Assembly (NCBI GenBank): GCA_026770705.1
Contig: JANJGN010000004.1
Span: 136,710,001 to 136,774,000, forward strand
Source: Isurus oxyrinchus
Taxonomy: Eukaryota
Length of the DNA stretch: 64,000 nt
Direction: 5' to 3'
A program made the position numbers and the translations under genes. Below are positions 38,101 to 52,904 of this stretch, piece after piece. A model generated the notes under the pieces. The model was not told the DNA's origin and ran no database searches. It worked only from the letters and a program-made list of their open reading frames with translations. How positions within the stretch are numbered: position 1 is the first letter of the stretch; every line of letters starts with the position of its first letter.

Positions 38101-41100
38101 CTCGCCTTTGTACTTAAGACTCCCTTTCAGAAAGTGAGTATTCACAAAGACGTCTCTAAATAGTGCCTTGAAAGGTGTTCACATGAGGACACTGTCTCCT
38201 TTCTAGTAACAGAGAGCGAAGATCTGACAGGTTTTGTTGTCAGTAGTATAGTGAGAGCTTTGTAAGATATTCGTTTTTCTTTCTCTAAATGCTCCAACTT
38301 AATAAAGACCCCCTGTCTTAAAGCGTGCATGCCCCTGCTGTCTCTGTCCACCCTGTGTCCAGTCTGTTCCTCGAACCCCCCACGTGATGTCTGCTAACAT
38401 AATTTTAATGATTTTGTCAACGTACACAGAATTAATTTTCATAAAAATGCAAAACAGACAACGTCCTTTGCAAGTATGTTCTTAGAACCTCTTTAAATGT
38501 TCCGATGTTGAGTAAGAAAGACTGCTCCTTGACTCTAAATTCATCCCATTTCAAAAGAAAGGGTTTCAAACCTGCACAAAAATTCGCCCCATTCAGATTA
38601 GGAGCGTTTATTTCTTGCTTGGCCTTTGAACAGAGAGGTCATGTCACTCAGAAAAGGGCTATTCCTTCCCTCTCCCTCTCCCCCTCCCCACAACCACAGC
38701 GCTCACTCACTCTCACTCTAAACAAACGTCGGTCCGGGCTGGCTTTAAGGCAACATGCTACAAAGATTAAAGATTTGGCTTTTTACAAGAAGACGAGGTG
38801 CTTCTGTAATCATAGCAACGGTATGTAGGCCACAAAGTGCTACCAAAAGCTAGTGATGTCCTCCCTGGAGCGTTCAAGTCTCAGGCTTGTAAGATTTTTA
38901 TCGACTGTTGCTGCTTCGCTCCATAGCAAGTCTCTATGAATTAAAATTAAAAATGGCTGACTCAATATCAGCAATAAGCCAAATATATTAAAGTGTGGGA
39001 TGTGGCCGGCAAAGAGTCATTACCTGGCGCATCTATATTAAAAAACCTCGCTTGCAGCGTGTTGCTGAAGGTATTTTCTGTTTGTTTTTCATTCTTTCAG
39101 TATTTTTTTTTTACGGACTCGCTTGGTTATGCAGGAAAATGTATGTTGACGGGAACGTTTAGTAGTGGATTATTTACGAGGGAATCAGAGGGTCAAGTTC
39201 TGGTCTAAGTGGCACATCTGCGAAACATTGAGGCTACTAATTCACCAAAGGCTGCACGGCTTTTATTGTAGACATATTGGGGAATTAGTAAGAGTCCGCG
39301 TCCCCCTTTCGCAAGGGGGAGGGGGACTGATTATATCATGATGTATTGCTGGCTACACGTTCAATCTGTAGCACTGCAGCTAAAACGAGAAGACGAAAAA
39401 AAATCTAACAAAACAATCTAGCCATCCATTATGAAGAAAAATAGGAGCCATGCTGAGAAATTAGGTAAATAAATTCTAAATTAGAAGAATATTAGCCACA
39501 ACATCATTCACACAGCTCCACGCCTGTCTGTTCTGATGTGCAATTAAATTAAAACAAATTCACATTTGAACATTTGTCCGTTGTGGCGCAGCTTATACTT
39601 TTATAGCCTCCCTTGGCTTTGTTATAGCTACGCTATTGCAACACTAGGTTTCTGAGTTCTCGCAATACTAAATCTAAAGAACGATATGAAGGGTCCCAGC
39701 TTTTTGTCATAAAACTGTCCTGAATGTACTAAACGTATGTGTGCCAGTTCATCAATTCCTCTTCCCTTTAAAGCGATTCAACGTTTACAATAGACCTACC
39801 TCACACATGTCATTGCAGGAAGGCAGATGCTTTTTTTTCACGTATGCTAGTGGCTGGTTATACAGCGTATACAGTATTACGTTGCAAATGCTCCAGTCCG
39901 CGCATTTTGTTTGCTACACGATTTCTACTTCGAATATATTAAACTTTAGAGAAACTGGAGTGTAAATTAGGTCTACCAAACCAACATCTGTGATTTTCTA
40001 CCTCGGGAGAAATTATTAAAATGCTCAAATAACGTCTCCCTTCGTCCCCATTGAAAACAGTATCAATTGTACGTGTAGTGTATTTATAGAGTTAGTTATG
40101 TTCCACTATGTAATGATGGATTTTCATAAACGAACAATATAATGCAAACTATGTGCGCAGTTAGAAAAAAGCCTTTTATTGGAAAAAGTGAAGTGAATAT
40201 TTTAATTCACTGTCAGTGATTGGGATGGTGCCAGTTCAGTATTCGGGTTAGTGGTGTATATATATTAATCTATAGAGGGAGCGAGAGACCGTTATTAAAT
40301 ATAAGCGCTGTTGACTTAGCAATGTGACTGCATTAAAATAAGCCACGAATAAAATTGGGCTCAGCGTGGTGTATAATTGCAACAGAATGTTTCCAAATAA
40401 CATTTAAAGGGATAGTTGATCGTGGAACCAGAGTCACAGACTGGCTGCTGGGTACTCCAATCGCTCCGGCACTATTGAAGAAAACCCAGGTGTTCTCACC
40501 CCCTCCCCCATTACTCTACTCATGTTAAGTTTTCCACATGTGAATGTAGTGAAAATAAGAAAAGGTCACATCAATCACACCATGGTCCCAACCACACCTC
40601 TGCATACATACCTGGTGTGGCCTATGCAAGAAGGGGACCTTTTACATATTTATTGAAACAAATATGTTCGCATACACGTCTTGTGCTCAGTAGAGGATGT
40701 CTTTAAAATGTATTGACGTCACTGCTGGTGATCAGAGTGTATAGCAGAAGGAATCTCCTGACATCCCCACTGACTGTTAAAGGTTTTATTCTGTTTACAC
40801 TCGCTGTACTAAGGCTGCAGAGAAGCTCCAACCGAGACCATCTCCTGTGCCTGTCAGATCTTCAAGTGAAACCTCTCCACTCTACCCTTATTCAATCAGT
40901 TGCATCTGTCCAGTTACTTTACCATTCACTGAACCCCAGGTTCACAGACAAAAGCCCTCTCTGCCCCCCCACCCCCCGCCCCCCAATCTCCTTTCTCCTC
41001 ACGTTTTTCTCATTTTTTTCTTCTTGCCTTTAGAGTCCTCTCAGAGCCGTTTCTTATTACAATGTATACTTTAAAAAATATGTATCCTGGTGAATTCACT

Positions 41101-41189
41101 TAGTCACTGCTCCGTACTGTTAAAAAAAATTTCCGCTCTTCTTCATCACTTTTTGCAACCTCTTTTTCCATCTCGGTCTGTCTCCTTCC

Positions 41190-41203
41190 CTCTCTCACAC
41201 ACA

Positions 41204-41237
<34 letters not shown>

Positions 41238-41240
41238 CAA
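41190..41240. repeat. Compound (CT)n/(CA)n microsatellite
   Basis: Seen directly. Confidence 0.85.
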
Positions 41241-44200
41241 ACATATACAAATAACACTGAGATGCAAATGCCACGTGTTGATACATTTGTACTTAATGAC
41301 AACCTAAATCCAATCTCAAAAGAAATAAAACTCTTACTTTTTGCAGACTTTCCCCTCTGGCCGCTGCCTCCTTTAATTATGTGTGCTAGATTTCTTCCCT
41401 GTGACAAAAAAGCCTGGGGTTTTTGGATGGAATCTCGGTGCTGTGTTTTTTTTTTGAAGAGACTACGCTCCCCATACCCAAAGGCTCTCAGTTAAGTGCA
41501 GATTGAGACATATCGGGTTCCTTATAAAAGGATCATTTCATGTGGGAGGTTGGACACAAAGTTTGGACTCGTGACTTGCATTCCTGAGCGACATGCATAT
41601 TTTAAAACAACAAAGCAAGCGAGCAACAAGGCTTAAAGAAGAAGGGGAGGGGGCAGAAAAACTTGGAAAAGAAGTTTCCAAGTGATAAGAATCTCGGATT
41701 CGGAAAATTATATCCAATAATTGCTATTCTTTCAGAACACCATGGGTAACGTGTACCGCAAACTCTGTGTCAGTTACAGGATGATTGTTTTGCTCACCCA
41801 AAGACATTAAGTGCGGTTAGAACCAACAAGAGTTAAAGTGAAGAAAGGACAGCGCAGAATACATTGTTTACAAGTGCATGGTTTCGCTGACCATGTGTAT
41901 CAGTAAAATATGAAGCAACTTCTCAGACTCTGCACAATGCTGCTGACTTAGTTTATAATGATGTCGTCGTTACGTAATGAGTGCAGTTATTAATGGGAAA
42001 TCAAATGAGGGGAAACTCAGACGAAATAGTGACAGCTGAAGAAATGGGCAGCGTCACACAGCGTGTGAAACCACAATTTAATGCCTGGTGCCAAAAAATG
42101 TCCTGATTGCTTCATTCATTTCATTCATTTAACATGTGATTATCAGCCTAGAAACTGGAAACGACAAATGCAGGCAAAATATCATGTAGGCCACATAGGC
42201 TAGTGTTCTGTGCAGCTCAACAACGCTGCTGCGTTCTCCAAACTGCATCGATTATTATTTCTACCAGAAAACACTATCTGTAGCATGTGTGGATATTTGA
42301 GCCCCTGCAGAAAGAAAAATGAAGACGAAATGGGAGAACAAATAGTGAGGACATAGATATCTCTGTCAGTTGTCAATGCAGGTCCATGGGCCGGGAATGC
42401 TAATGAGGTTTTGCAGTGAAGACTGGAGCTGTGTGTGTGTGTGCACAGGGATCGATAGCTGACCCAATGGTTTGGGCAATGCTTTATCTGGCCGAGCAAT
42501 GATATTATCAGCCTTGAATGTTATATACAGCGAACGTCTTCCTAAATCAACACAAACGCTTCGCTTACAGAAACCATCCAAGTACCCCCTTTGGAAAAAA
42601 AAATCCTTCACGACTGGTATATTTTATATGCCATAGCTTGTATTTGATCCATTGCCTCAGCTTGATCTAGGACTCTCTAGACAAGAAGATATATACACAA
42701 TTATACAGCCATCATCTTGCCTGTTAACATACTTACTGAAAGACAGAGAAAAAGAAACCCACATAGTCTTCTTGTTTTGTTTTGCAATACAACATTTTAT
42801 TTAAATCCATTTGTCAACAATGTAAACGATGTTATATCAATTCATTTTATTAATAATACATCAGGAAGTACATATCATTGCTGAGCATTTTCGAAATCCT
42901 TTCATGTTGTTTGACAGTGACATTGCAACCTCATATACATCTTAACAAGGCCTCCCCGCATCCCCACTTCTGCCTAGGGTGCTAATGCGGCTGGTCCATA
43001 TTCCTTAAGAAATTTTAATAACCGCTGAACTGTGCATGTGATGCCCTGCAAGTGATGTTGCGTATTTCATACAAGCCATCGTGGAATGGGAAATGATTCA
43101 TCACACCGATAAATGGAGAAGATGTCAAGCTAACACAATGTTTCGATTCATTAAATATCCAGTAAATGATAGACTGCGTTTTATATTTGTCTGAGAACCA
43201 GCGGTAAGTAAACTTTGTATCTAGCTGAAAGTCAGCGGCCTTCTTTCCGCAGTGCAACAATTAAATACATGGCGAATGTGCTTATCTTCAATCAGAGAAC
43301 ACGCCGGAGAGGGTTGTAATGGAATCCCCAGTAAGTGACATTACAAGACTCTGGGCTGTGCACTTGTGCGCTCTCTTGGACAGATAGTGAAATGCCTGGT
43401 GTAAACTTTTTTTGAGGCTGATTTTTTATGAGGTGGGTGGATGCTGGAACTCAGATTGTTCGGTGCAGGGTTTGAAACGTATTCCCTGACAAGTGGGGAT
43501 AATAAATGAGTGTCGCTTTCAGATGGATATCTCAGACGTGAAATTGCGCCCAGCTGGTTGTGTAAGCAAACAAATAGTTTCATGTAAGAATCTCGTCTTG
43601 TAGGTTGATGAATAGAACACGACATCGGTAAATGGGTCTTTAACTCATTTAGGAATAAAACTCTTGGCTCTCTCAGTGAAAGACACGGAGACGCCATGTA
43701 CCCAGAGCAATCGCTATTTAAAAAAAGAGTTTTATTAGTTTCCACTCCTTCACCCACATTTTTACCATTAAATCCAAACGTCAGTCAATTACAATGGTCA
43801 CCAGCTCATCAGTGCAAAATCTGAACAGGGCCTAACTTTGTTGCACGTATGGAGATTAATAGTTCTGTTTTGTGAAAATACTTGGGGTTTGGAAATGCGA
43901 GAAGTTAAATGGGAAAGTATTAGAAGGTAAACATACTTCTCCTATTTGGCAAATGACATCTGTTTGTAAAATAAAACCACCTTTTTAGACAAAAGCGTTG
44001 GGGAGGGGGGCGTTCAATTTAAGTAGAGTGTTTTTAAAACAAACTGCTTTTCAGGATTAATCTCAAGCCCTCGCTTTCTCCAAAACCATATTGAATATAA
44101 CACCAACGGATTCGCTCTGCAGCTTAAAATTAGGCCGATCAAATATCTTTTTAATTTGTTATTTTTAAAACGTGCTCAAACTGTGCAAAAAGTGACAGAG

Positions 44201-47200
44201 TTAAGCGGCGAAGATGGACAGATGGAATGAAAATAAATTCATTTCACTCAACTGGAACTGTAATAAACACAGTTATTTATAAGAAATGTTTCAAACGACA
44301 GGCAGACAGTGGTTTAGCCTTTGCATAGTTAGATCCCTAAGGGAGTTCCTTTTTTTTGATTTTTTTTCAACAAATCTTGTGGTTACAGCCCCTTAAAACA
44401 CGCCTCTGAAAAAAGAATGGACACTACCCGTTTGAGAAACTGAAGTCGGGCAAAAAAAAGGGGGGGGGGTGTCGGGGAAGCAAAATAGTCCAGTTAACGC
44501 GTTTAACAGTAATAATTCAGACAAAAAGATGTAAAATCATGTAGTTACGGGACAACCAAACATAAAAGGAATCCTCTGAGGAGAATTCTGGTTGTAAAGG
44601 AGAGAGAGAGAGAGACCAAGAAGAGAATTGAGGCGAAGCAGGAAAAGAGAGGAGCCGGCAATGCTTAAGGGGAGAATCAGATAAAACAAGAGAAAAAAGA
44701 CAATGCAGTGTTCAATGACAATTCGGTGAAACAGGAAGAAAGAAAAGATTGGGAAGTAGAATCCAGACCTCGTTTTAAAGGGAAATCAAACAGAAACAGG
44801 GAAAGAGAGCAGCCGGCGGTTTTAATGCGGGCATAGAGGGGTTGAAGAATTGTGTTTGTGATAATTCAGGGCAAAGGGAAGGATGGGGGGTAGGGGAGTG
44901 GGGTTGGGGAGTTTGGGGTGAGGGGAGACAGAGAGAAGGAAAACAAATAACATTCTACGGCCAACAGCTTTCAAGTCTGTCCTTGTTCACTTTAAAATTA
45001 GAAGCATAACGTTTCATGAAAGAATAAAACATTATTTGAAAACTGCACATGATTTATTACAAGAACAATATACAGCTGGTTTCATATTTTATTAAAAGTA
45101 CACTAACATCAGAGTTCAACACATACACTTTTCCTGCGTTTAGTTGTTCATATTCATTTTCAGCTTAATTTATGCATTAACAGCAATAGAAGCCCACCCC
45201 CACCAATAGGTCAACTTTTGAGTTGCTGTTGATGAAATGTAAAGCTCGGGGATACCTTACTGTTTCAAAATTCCTTTCTTGTGCATCCTGGACCCTATAA
45301 ATCATCTTAATTTGAGAAAACTAGAAATATGCTGATATAAAACAACCATCATTTCTTAATTGCGGGTCTATTTTTATTCCGAGTTTGCTCCTGAGGCGTA
45401 ACACCAATTCCCCCCTCATATTAGCAATATTGTAAAGTCAATGGGTAAAAGTCACAACGTCACAGTATATTAGATCCTTTCCAGTAGAATCATTTAAAAA
45501 TCCTCTTTTTAACCACTGAAGAATTTATTGGGGAATAAAACAAGATGTTGTAACTAAAATAGAAATAAAAACATTTGCAGAGAGATTCACTTGAAATAGA
45601 GTAGAATAGAAAGCAGCATTTAAACGTGTAAACTGTAGTGTGTGGAAAAGTGGTTCATTACATTATAATTTTATAACTTTGCTACAAAACTTATTGTGGT
45701 ACACAGCAATTAAATAATACAAATATAAATAACTAAAGGACAACCTCCAGGATATGAAAGTATAAACCACGCACTATTCAGATCATTAATACTTGACCAC
45801 ACACTGCAACGTTTCCAGATTAGTTTAATGAATTATGATGCTAAAAATGAAGCCTTAGACCAAGAGGCTTCGGCTTCTTTGTTTCACAAGAAAGGACTGA
45901 AACTGGGCAGGGAAAGCATTTTTTAAATGTATCTAAAAAAATCTTTAAAGGCCGCCATATTTGTTAGCTACCATCTGCTTCCAATGAGCCTGGCTGCCCA
46001 TATTATTAAAGTGCTGGACTGGGCTGCAATTTCTCCAAGAAGAAAAGTATGACCTTAAATAATAAATTTCCTGGTCATCCCCAAACCAATCAGTGTTTTA
46101 CTTCGACTGAAACACAATACACAGAGCCAAGTGCATCACAAAAGTGTCCATTTCAGGCAACGAAAGTTGAAATCAGCATTTATTTTCAGGTTAAACATTG
46201 ATATTTTGCAACAGCATTCGCCCCTTCGGTTTCTGGGAGGATTAATAATATTTGAAGATTCCAGTTAAATAGATTCCCTGGAAAAAAAAGTTCCGAGGCA
46301 GCTTCTCAGTTGCACTTCGTAAAAGGGGGGAAATGCAAATTTAAAAAATAATAACAAACAAAGGTAACTATAAGTAAGGAGCCTAGAACGGACAGAGTTC
46401 AGATAGCTCCAGCCTCACGAAATGTCTGCGCAGGTTAAAAGCAGGTGGCAGTAAAAAAAAAATCCATCGGTTACTAAACAACCTGTACTCAATGTACAAA
46501 TATGTGTTTACCAAAGAGAAAGTGGAATGCAGTATTTACATAGTGTCAGAGCTGCGCGCTTTTACTATCACAGACAACATCAAGGCTATTAATTTCTATA
46601 GAATGGAATCGCGCGGCATTAAATATATTGGGTCGCCATATATCATGCTGAAATCCGGACTTAAGTGTCAAGAACAGCCACGAAATATAATGAACTGTTT
46701 ATATAAGTGAATTTAAACAATTAATTAGAAACAGTGCTTCAAAATAGGGGAAAACGCATTTTGGAATACACCCACTGTCCCCCACAGTTCCTGACATGTT
46801 ATGAAATACCACAGGACGCCCCTGTCATACTCTGCACTAACAAGTTTAAACAGTATTTTAATTGGATTTAACGGTGAAACGATGAAAAATCATTATCTAT
46901 TAGGGCTTTGATGTCGATGGGCGGCCGTAAAAGGGTAGTGTAAAAGTCGGGGTTGAAGGAAATAGGGGCCTCGGGGAAACGCTCATAGCGACAACTGACA
47001 ATAAGTTGCAGTCAAACCCATTGAAAGAGCACTGATCAGAATAAAAAAAAACCCTGAAATATCCATAATGTTAAGTGCAACCAGCGTGTGCACAGCAATG
47101 CCTTAGTTCTTTCTTTATTGGTTCTCCATCTTACTTGGGCATGTAGGCATGTGTAGGTATTGTTACTGCATACTGCTGTTGTGGGTGGATATATGCATCT

Positions 47201-47379
47201 GTATTGGAACATACATAGACAATCTATTTACACGTTAATTATTCCATCTAAAAGTGTCTGTAGCCATCGCCTTGTGTATCCTGCAGCTTTGCGACTAGAA
47301 TGTTAAAAACCCCAAGCGGCCAGAAAGCAGGATCACGTTAAATGCAAAGAGAAAGCTTCAGAGCATAGAGAGGAAAATC

Positions 47380-47555
47380 AAAACACAAACACACACATTC
47401 TCTCTCTCACACAGACACATGCATGCACACACACAGTTTCTCACACACACCACACATATCACATATCTTTCTGTAAAAACAGACACATCTCTCCATCTCA
47501 CACACACAACATACATTCGCTTCCACCAGCACAACACACACATATTTACAACCAC
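47380..47555. repeat. Degenerate CA-rich simple repeat
   Basis: Seen directly. Confidence 0.7.
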
Positions 47556-48129
47556 TCTCTCGGATTCACAATGTGCCCCTTGCTGCTTTACTCTGGACTG
47601 GCCATTAGGTTTAATTTCGATGCACAGTTGTTAAAGGAAGCTCTCCCATGACAGTGTGTGCTAGAGCTTTGATCCGGATTATAAAATACTAATGCAAACA
47701 GCAACTGAAATCTACAACAGCCTTTTCTAGGCAAGGCACAGCAGTCTTTACATCTCCACTGTCTGGAAGCAGTTGGTTCTTTCAAATCTTCTGAATATTT
47801 CATCCAGATATAACCAGCGTATAACTATAACTTGAATGGTATTATTTAAAACATGATGAGGAATTTATACACATATATGATTATTAAGGCCCGGGCAATT
47901 AATGCCCAAATATCAGTGGGATGGAAGTCCCTTAAAATCTATATTGTCGATCACGAAGCAGAGAACGACACCACCAGTGAACAGATAACACAGACACGGC
48001 TGCGATAGATCTCTTTTATATCACTTTTGTAATTGTTCCAGCGTAACAACGTTTTTTACAAGAATATTCCATCATACCCACAGAACAACGCCACAGTACA
48101 ACGCGTCTGCAAGGGTACAACGCGTGTAC

Positions 48130-49287
48130 TTATTTCTAGACGTTGTGTTTTTATTCAGTCTACAGGTAAACAGGCTCGGCAGTACTGATAGGAAAGTTTA
48201 GCTGCATGATTAAAAACTGGGGAGAGGAGGTGAGCTTGGAGGATGGGGGGAGGGGAAGCAACACAAAATAAAACAATTTTGTTTCCACGTGGAAAGTCAG
48301 AGACAATTGGGTTGGGGTGAAGGGAGAGGGGGAGATGTGAGGGGGGGGTGGGGTGGGGGGGAAGGAGGGTGGTGGTGGTGGGGAACTCGTTATCGTAACA
48401 AAACAAAAGTTAAATCAAGGTCAGTCCTGAATACAAATCAATAATTTCAATCAACCTAATTCCAGAGTTCACGGAGACTTTTTTAAAAAAAATCAAAGAA
48501 AAAAGTGCCTTGGACACGCAGACCAAAACTCTTCTTTCTACGAAGGCAATTGGAGCTGACACAGAATCCAAGTGTTCTTTAGGCGGTCCGCTCTGTGATA
48601 GTTCTAAAAACACGTTTTCTCTATTATCTTTTAGCAGTGCTCCCTTACAATCTGATCACTTTTTAAAACGTCAGTTTTGCCAATACTGCAGGCTAGTTGG
48701 TACGCTTAAAGCGACAAAAAGTTTCTTTTTTTTAAATCTTGTGCTAAATTCTTTTTTATTTATTTGTTTAATTCTGATTTCAATTTTAATTCTTGGAGAA
48801 CATAGCTTTGACGACATAAATCGCACTCATTATAAGAAGCAAAAGGTTATATCAAAAAATTATTAGTATAGAATCACAGGAAACCTGGTTTGGAACCAGA
48901 AAAAAAATACAAAACAGATATAGATACATAGACACAGGACAATTTTATAATTATTTGGAAAATGTTATTTTCCCCCTAATTTCTGATTCTGTTTTTTAAA
49001 ATGCGCATACGATGTTTTCTTGAATTTTACAAAAAAAGGAAAATAAAGACTAATATTTTACAAAATGATAAGCGATGCTTGTGGTAAGTGTGGTTCTACA
49101 TATGGTGCAGTTCAGTTCCTTTTCACAGAATAAATCCCACAGTCAACAGTTTGGCCTCTTGGAAGGTCCTTTTATTTTCACAGATATCATCCTATAGGAA
49201 CTTTCAAGTTCTTGAATGGAGAGGGAGGCTCACCTAAAATGCTTGTGTTTATTTTTGTTTTGTTTGGGGAGGGGTGTCCTTCTCTCA
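48130..49287 (-). other. NR2F1: Probable NR2F1 3'UTR
   Basis: U-rich on the sense strand. Ends near AATAAA at 48155-48150, followed by GU-rich gcgttgtac repeats. More proximal AATAAA hexamers also occur (~49250, ~49172, ~48755). Confidence 0.6.
48150..48155 (-). terminator. Candidate distal NR2F1 polyadenylation signal
   Basis: tttatt on + (AATAAA on -), with downstream gcgttgtac x2 and gttgttctgtgggt on the minus strand. Confidence 0.55.
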
Positions 49288-49620
<333 letters not shown>

Positions 49621-49664
49621 TTAATCCTCGTTTATTTTTTATATATCAATCCACACACACAATT

Positions 49665-49703
49665 TCTTTCTCTCTCTCTCTCTCTCACACACACACAGAC
49701 ACA
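49665..49703. repeat. (CT)n(CA)n microsatellite in NR2F1 intron 2
   Basis: Seen directly. Confidence 0.85.
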
Positions 49704-51104
49704 TAAATGCACTCACTCCTCTACATGCTGGAGGCGGGCAAGCTATCTGATAACGTCTTTGCTTTTTTGTTGCAAATATTACGGCTGATGCAGTCTCTGA
49801 TGCCAAAAGAAATAGCCAGCATAAGCTTTGAATTAGAAGTAACAAAGAAACTCTTAAATAATAAGTACAGATGTACGCCATTTCCCGCAGAGAACCAAGC
49901 GAGAGACACCAGTGTCTGGGAACATTGTGTGATAGATACTGGTACGTGTTATTGTTCCTATTCCTTTGCAGCATGTGTTACACATGCTTCTTATGCATTC
50001 CACTGCAAAGCAGCTTCTCCCTTAACTCTCTACAATAGTGTAGTCTTGTACCGATTTTTAAAAAGTGATAAACAAGAAGACGTGCAAACCATACACCATT
50101 CACAAGAAAGCAAGGCTATCATTAGTGAAATCCCGCCTTTGTACTAACAGTTTTGGTGATATGACTGTGTATAACATCATGCTTATATTGTCGGCAACAT
50201 TTCCAATGTGTACAAAATGCATTCTAATAAAGTCAACATCCATCCAGTTGTTAGAGGTTTGGGGTTTGCTCGATTTTTTTTTGTTGCAAAATAACACTTA
50301 ATGAATTTAAAAATCCCAATGTTATATGTGCATACACAGATGCTGTGCACTACCGAGCTTGAAACATTTTGTGGAACTGATAGGGCCGGATTGCGCTTTC
50401 TTTCAGGAAAGGCTCTTTGACGATTTGTGAACGCTTTAATTTATATGCTTGGAAGCCATATTTTAGCGTATGAATTAATAAAGTAAAATAGGAAGTTTGG
50501 GTCACGACCCGGCACTTGGACAGCATCCAGAATGAGAGGTTGAAAATGCTAGCCGGAAACCTAAGGTAAAACCACAACAAGCCTCCTGTAAGCTTCAGTA
50601 ACTTCAAGCGGCCCTCACAAACAGGCCAGCGAGAAAGAAAATGGCAAGAAAAACACCCTCTCGATCATCCAAACGCTGTTCGCTTTGGAAAACTTGGACA
50701 GCTTTGAGAAAGGCTTCCCATGAATTCCCCTCTGGCTAACAATCAAAACAAGTTTGGTCAAAACTGGAGGGGAGGGGGAGGGGGAGTGAGGGTACGATGT
50801 GAGGCGTTTGAACAGACATATATAATTTCTATCTTTCTGCAATAATCGCATTACGTCTTTTTGTGTCTCTCCCTTACTGTGATTGTTCTATTTACCAACA
50901 GTTCCCTCGATGAAGGAATAATTTATCAAGATTTGCAGGCTGTTGAAAATATGATTAATTTGTAATTTTACTGATCAATTTCCAATTGATTTACATCAGA
51001 TTATGTTATTTAATAACACCCTCCTGGTTAAAATAAATCATTGTTATAGCACTTGACTAATACCATCCTTTACATAAATAAGCATCAGCCGCCTAAACCA
51101 TTCA

Positions 51105-51818
<714 letters not shown>

Positions 51819-52438
51819 TCAGAAACACATAATTATTTTAATCACTATTTTAGATGTTTTTAAAGTTCACAAGCAACCAGTTCAATTTTTCATGTAAAAT
51901 TACAATATGTGACGTTATAAAAAAATTAGGCACATAAAAATGTAAATGCTAAACACAGTTTTACCCGTCAGAGCACTCCACATTGTGTCTGTTTTAAAAA
52001 AATCCAAAACACAACATTGCAGAAAGAATTGCTGGATTGTAAAAACTCCCCCAAACTGCAACACCCACCCACGGTTACAATTGGAAAATTCTCCAAACAT
52101 CTAATGCATGAATGCAAACGATTAACTTACAATTACAGGGGGGAAAAGACCGATGTATTAACCATTTGAATCCACAAAAAATATGCAGCCATGCTTGTAA
52201 TTGTTAAACTCTCTCAACTTTGAAGCTGCGAGTTCGATTTTTTTTAGGTTAAGCGATGTTTTTAAAAAACATGTATTTTAAGAATATGAATTGGCATCTA
52301 TTTTTACCAGGTTACAATTAACCGGTTAGAATGACTTTCCAGCCAAAGCATTTGTTCAGATTGAACCGAAATCGCGCAATGAGAAATTTGAAGTCCAGAT
52401 CTCCTCACATTTACAGTGATGCTTAATAAAATATTCAC

Positions 52439-52904
52439 CTTCCCGCCTCATCCCAACTTTGAGGCATTTCTTCAGGCGGCAGTACTGACACTGATTGCGG
52501 TGGTGCTGGTCTATAGGACAATTCCGGTTGGCACGACATGTGTACGTTAAGTTTCTCCGAACACTTCTCTTGAAGAAACTTTTGCAGCCCTCGCATGTGA
52601 ACTGGCCGTAGTGCTTGCCGCTGGATTTATCCCCACACACCACACACTCGATATGCTGCTGCTGCTGCTGTTGACAGGGTTGTTGCTTCTCGCCGCCAGG
52701 CTGGACGCTCTGACTGCTGCCTCCGAGCGGAGTGGAGGGCGGCCCGGGCTGGCCCGGGGTCTGCGGGGTGTGGGGAGCACCCGATGCCGCCTGCTGCTGC
52801 TGCTGTTGCTGCTGCTGGCCCGGCTGCGTTTGTGCAGACTGGCCGCCCTGAGCTCCGGCCACATCGTCCTGAGGATCTCGCCAAGTACTAACTACCATTG
52901 CCAT
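52439..52904 (-). CDS. NR2F1: NR2F1 (COUP-TFI) coding exon 1: N-terminal domain and C4 zinc-finger DNA-binding domain
   Basis: ATG at 52904 ([17 protein letters not shown], -3 A, +4 G). Encodes [69 protein letters not shown]. Donor G|GTGAAT at 52439/52438; 466 nt, phase 1. DDVAG and NLTY match NR2F1 rather than NR2F2 (DEVPG, NLSY). Confidence 0.97.
52791..52817 (-). repeat. CAG/CAA tract encoding Q9 in the NR2F1 N-terminus
   Basis: Nine Gln codons; a second Q6 tract lies at 52656-52673. Confidence 0.9.

Noticed and set aside
49707-50147. 146-codon + strand ORF in intron 2, and similar ORFs such as 43341-43757
   Set aside because: No recognisable domain or exon structure.
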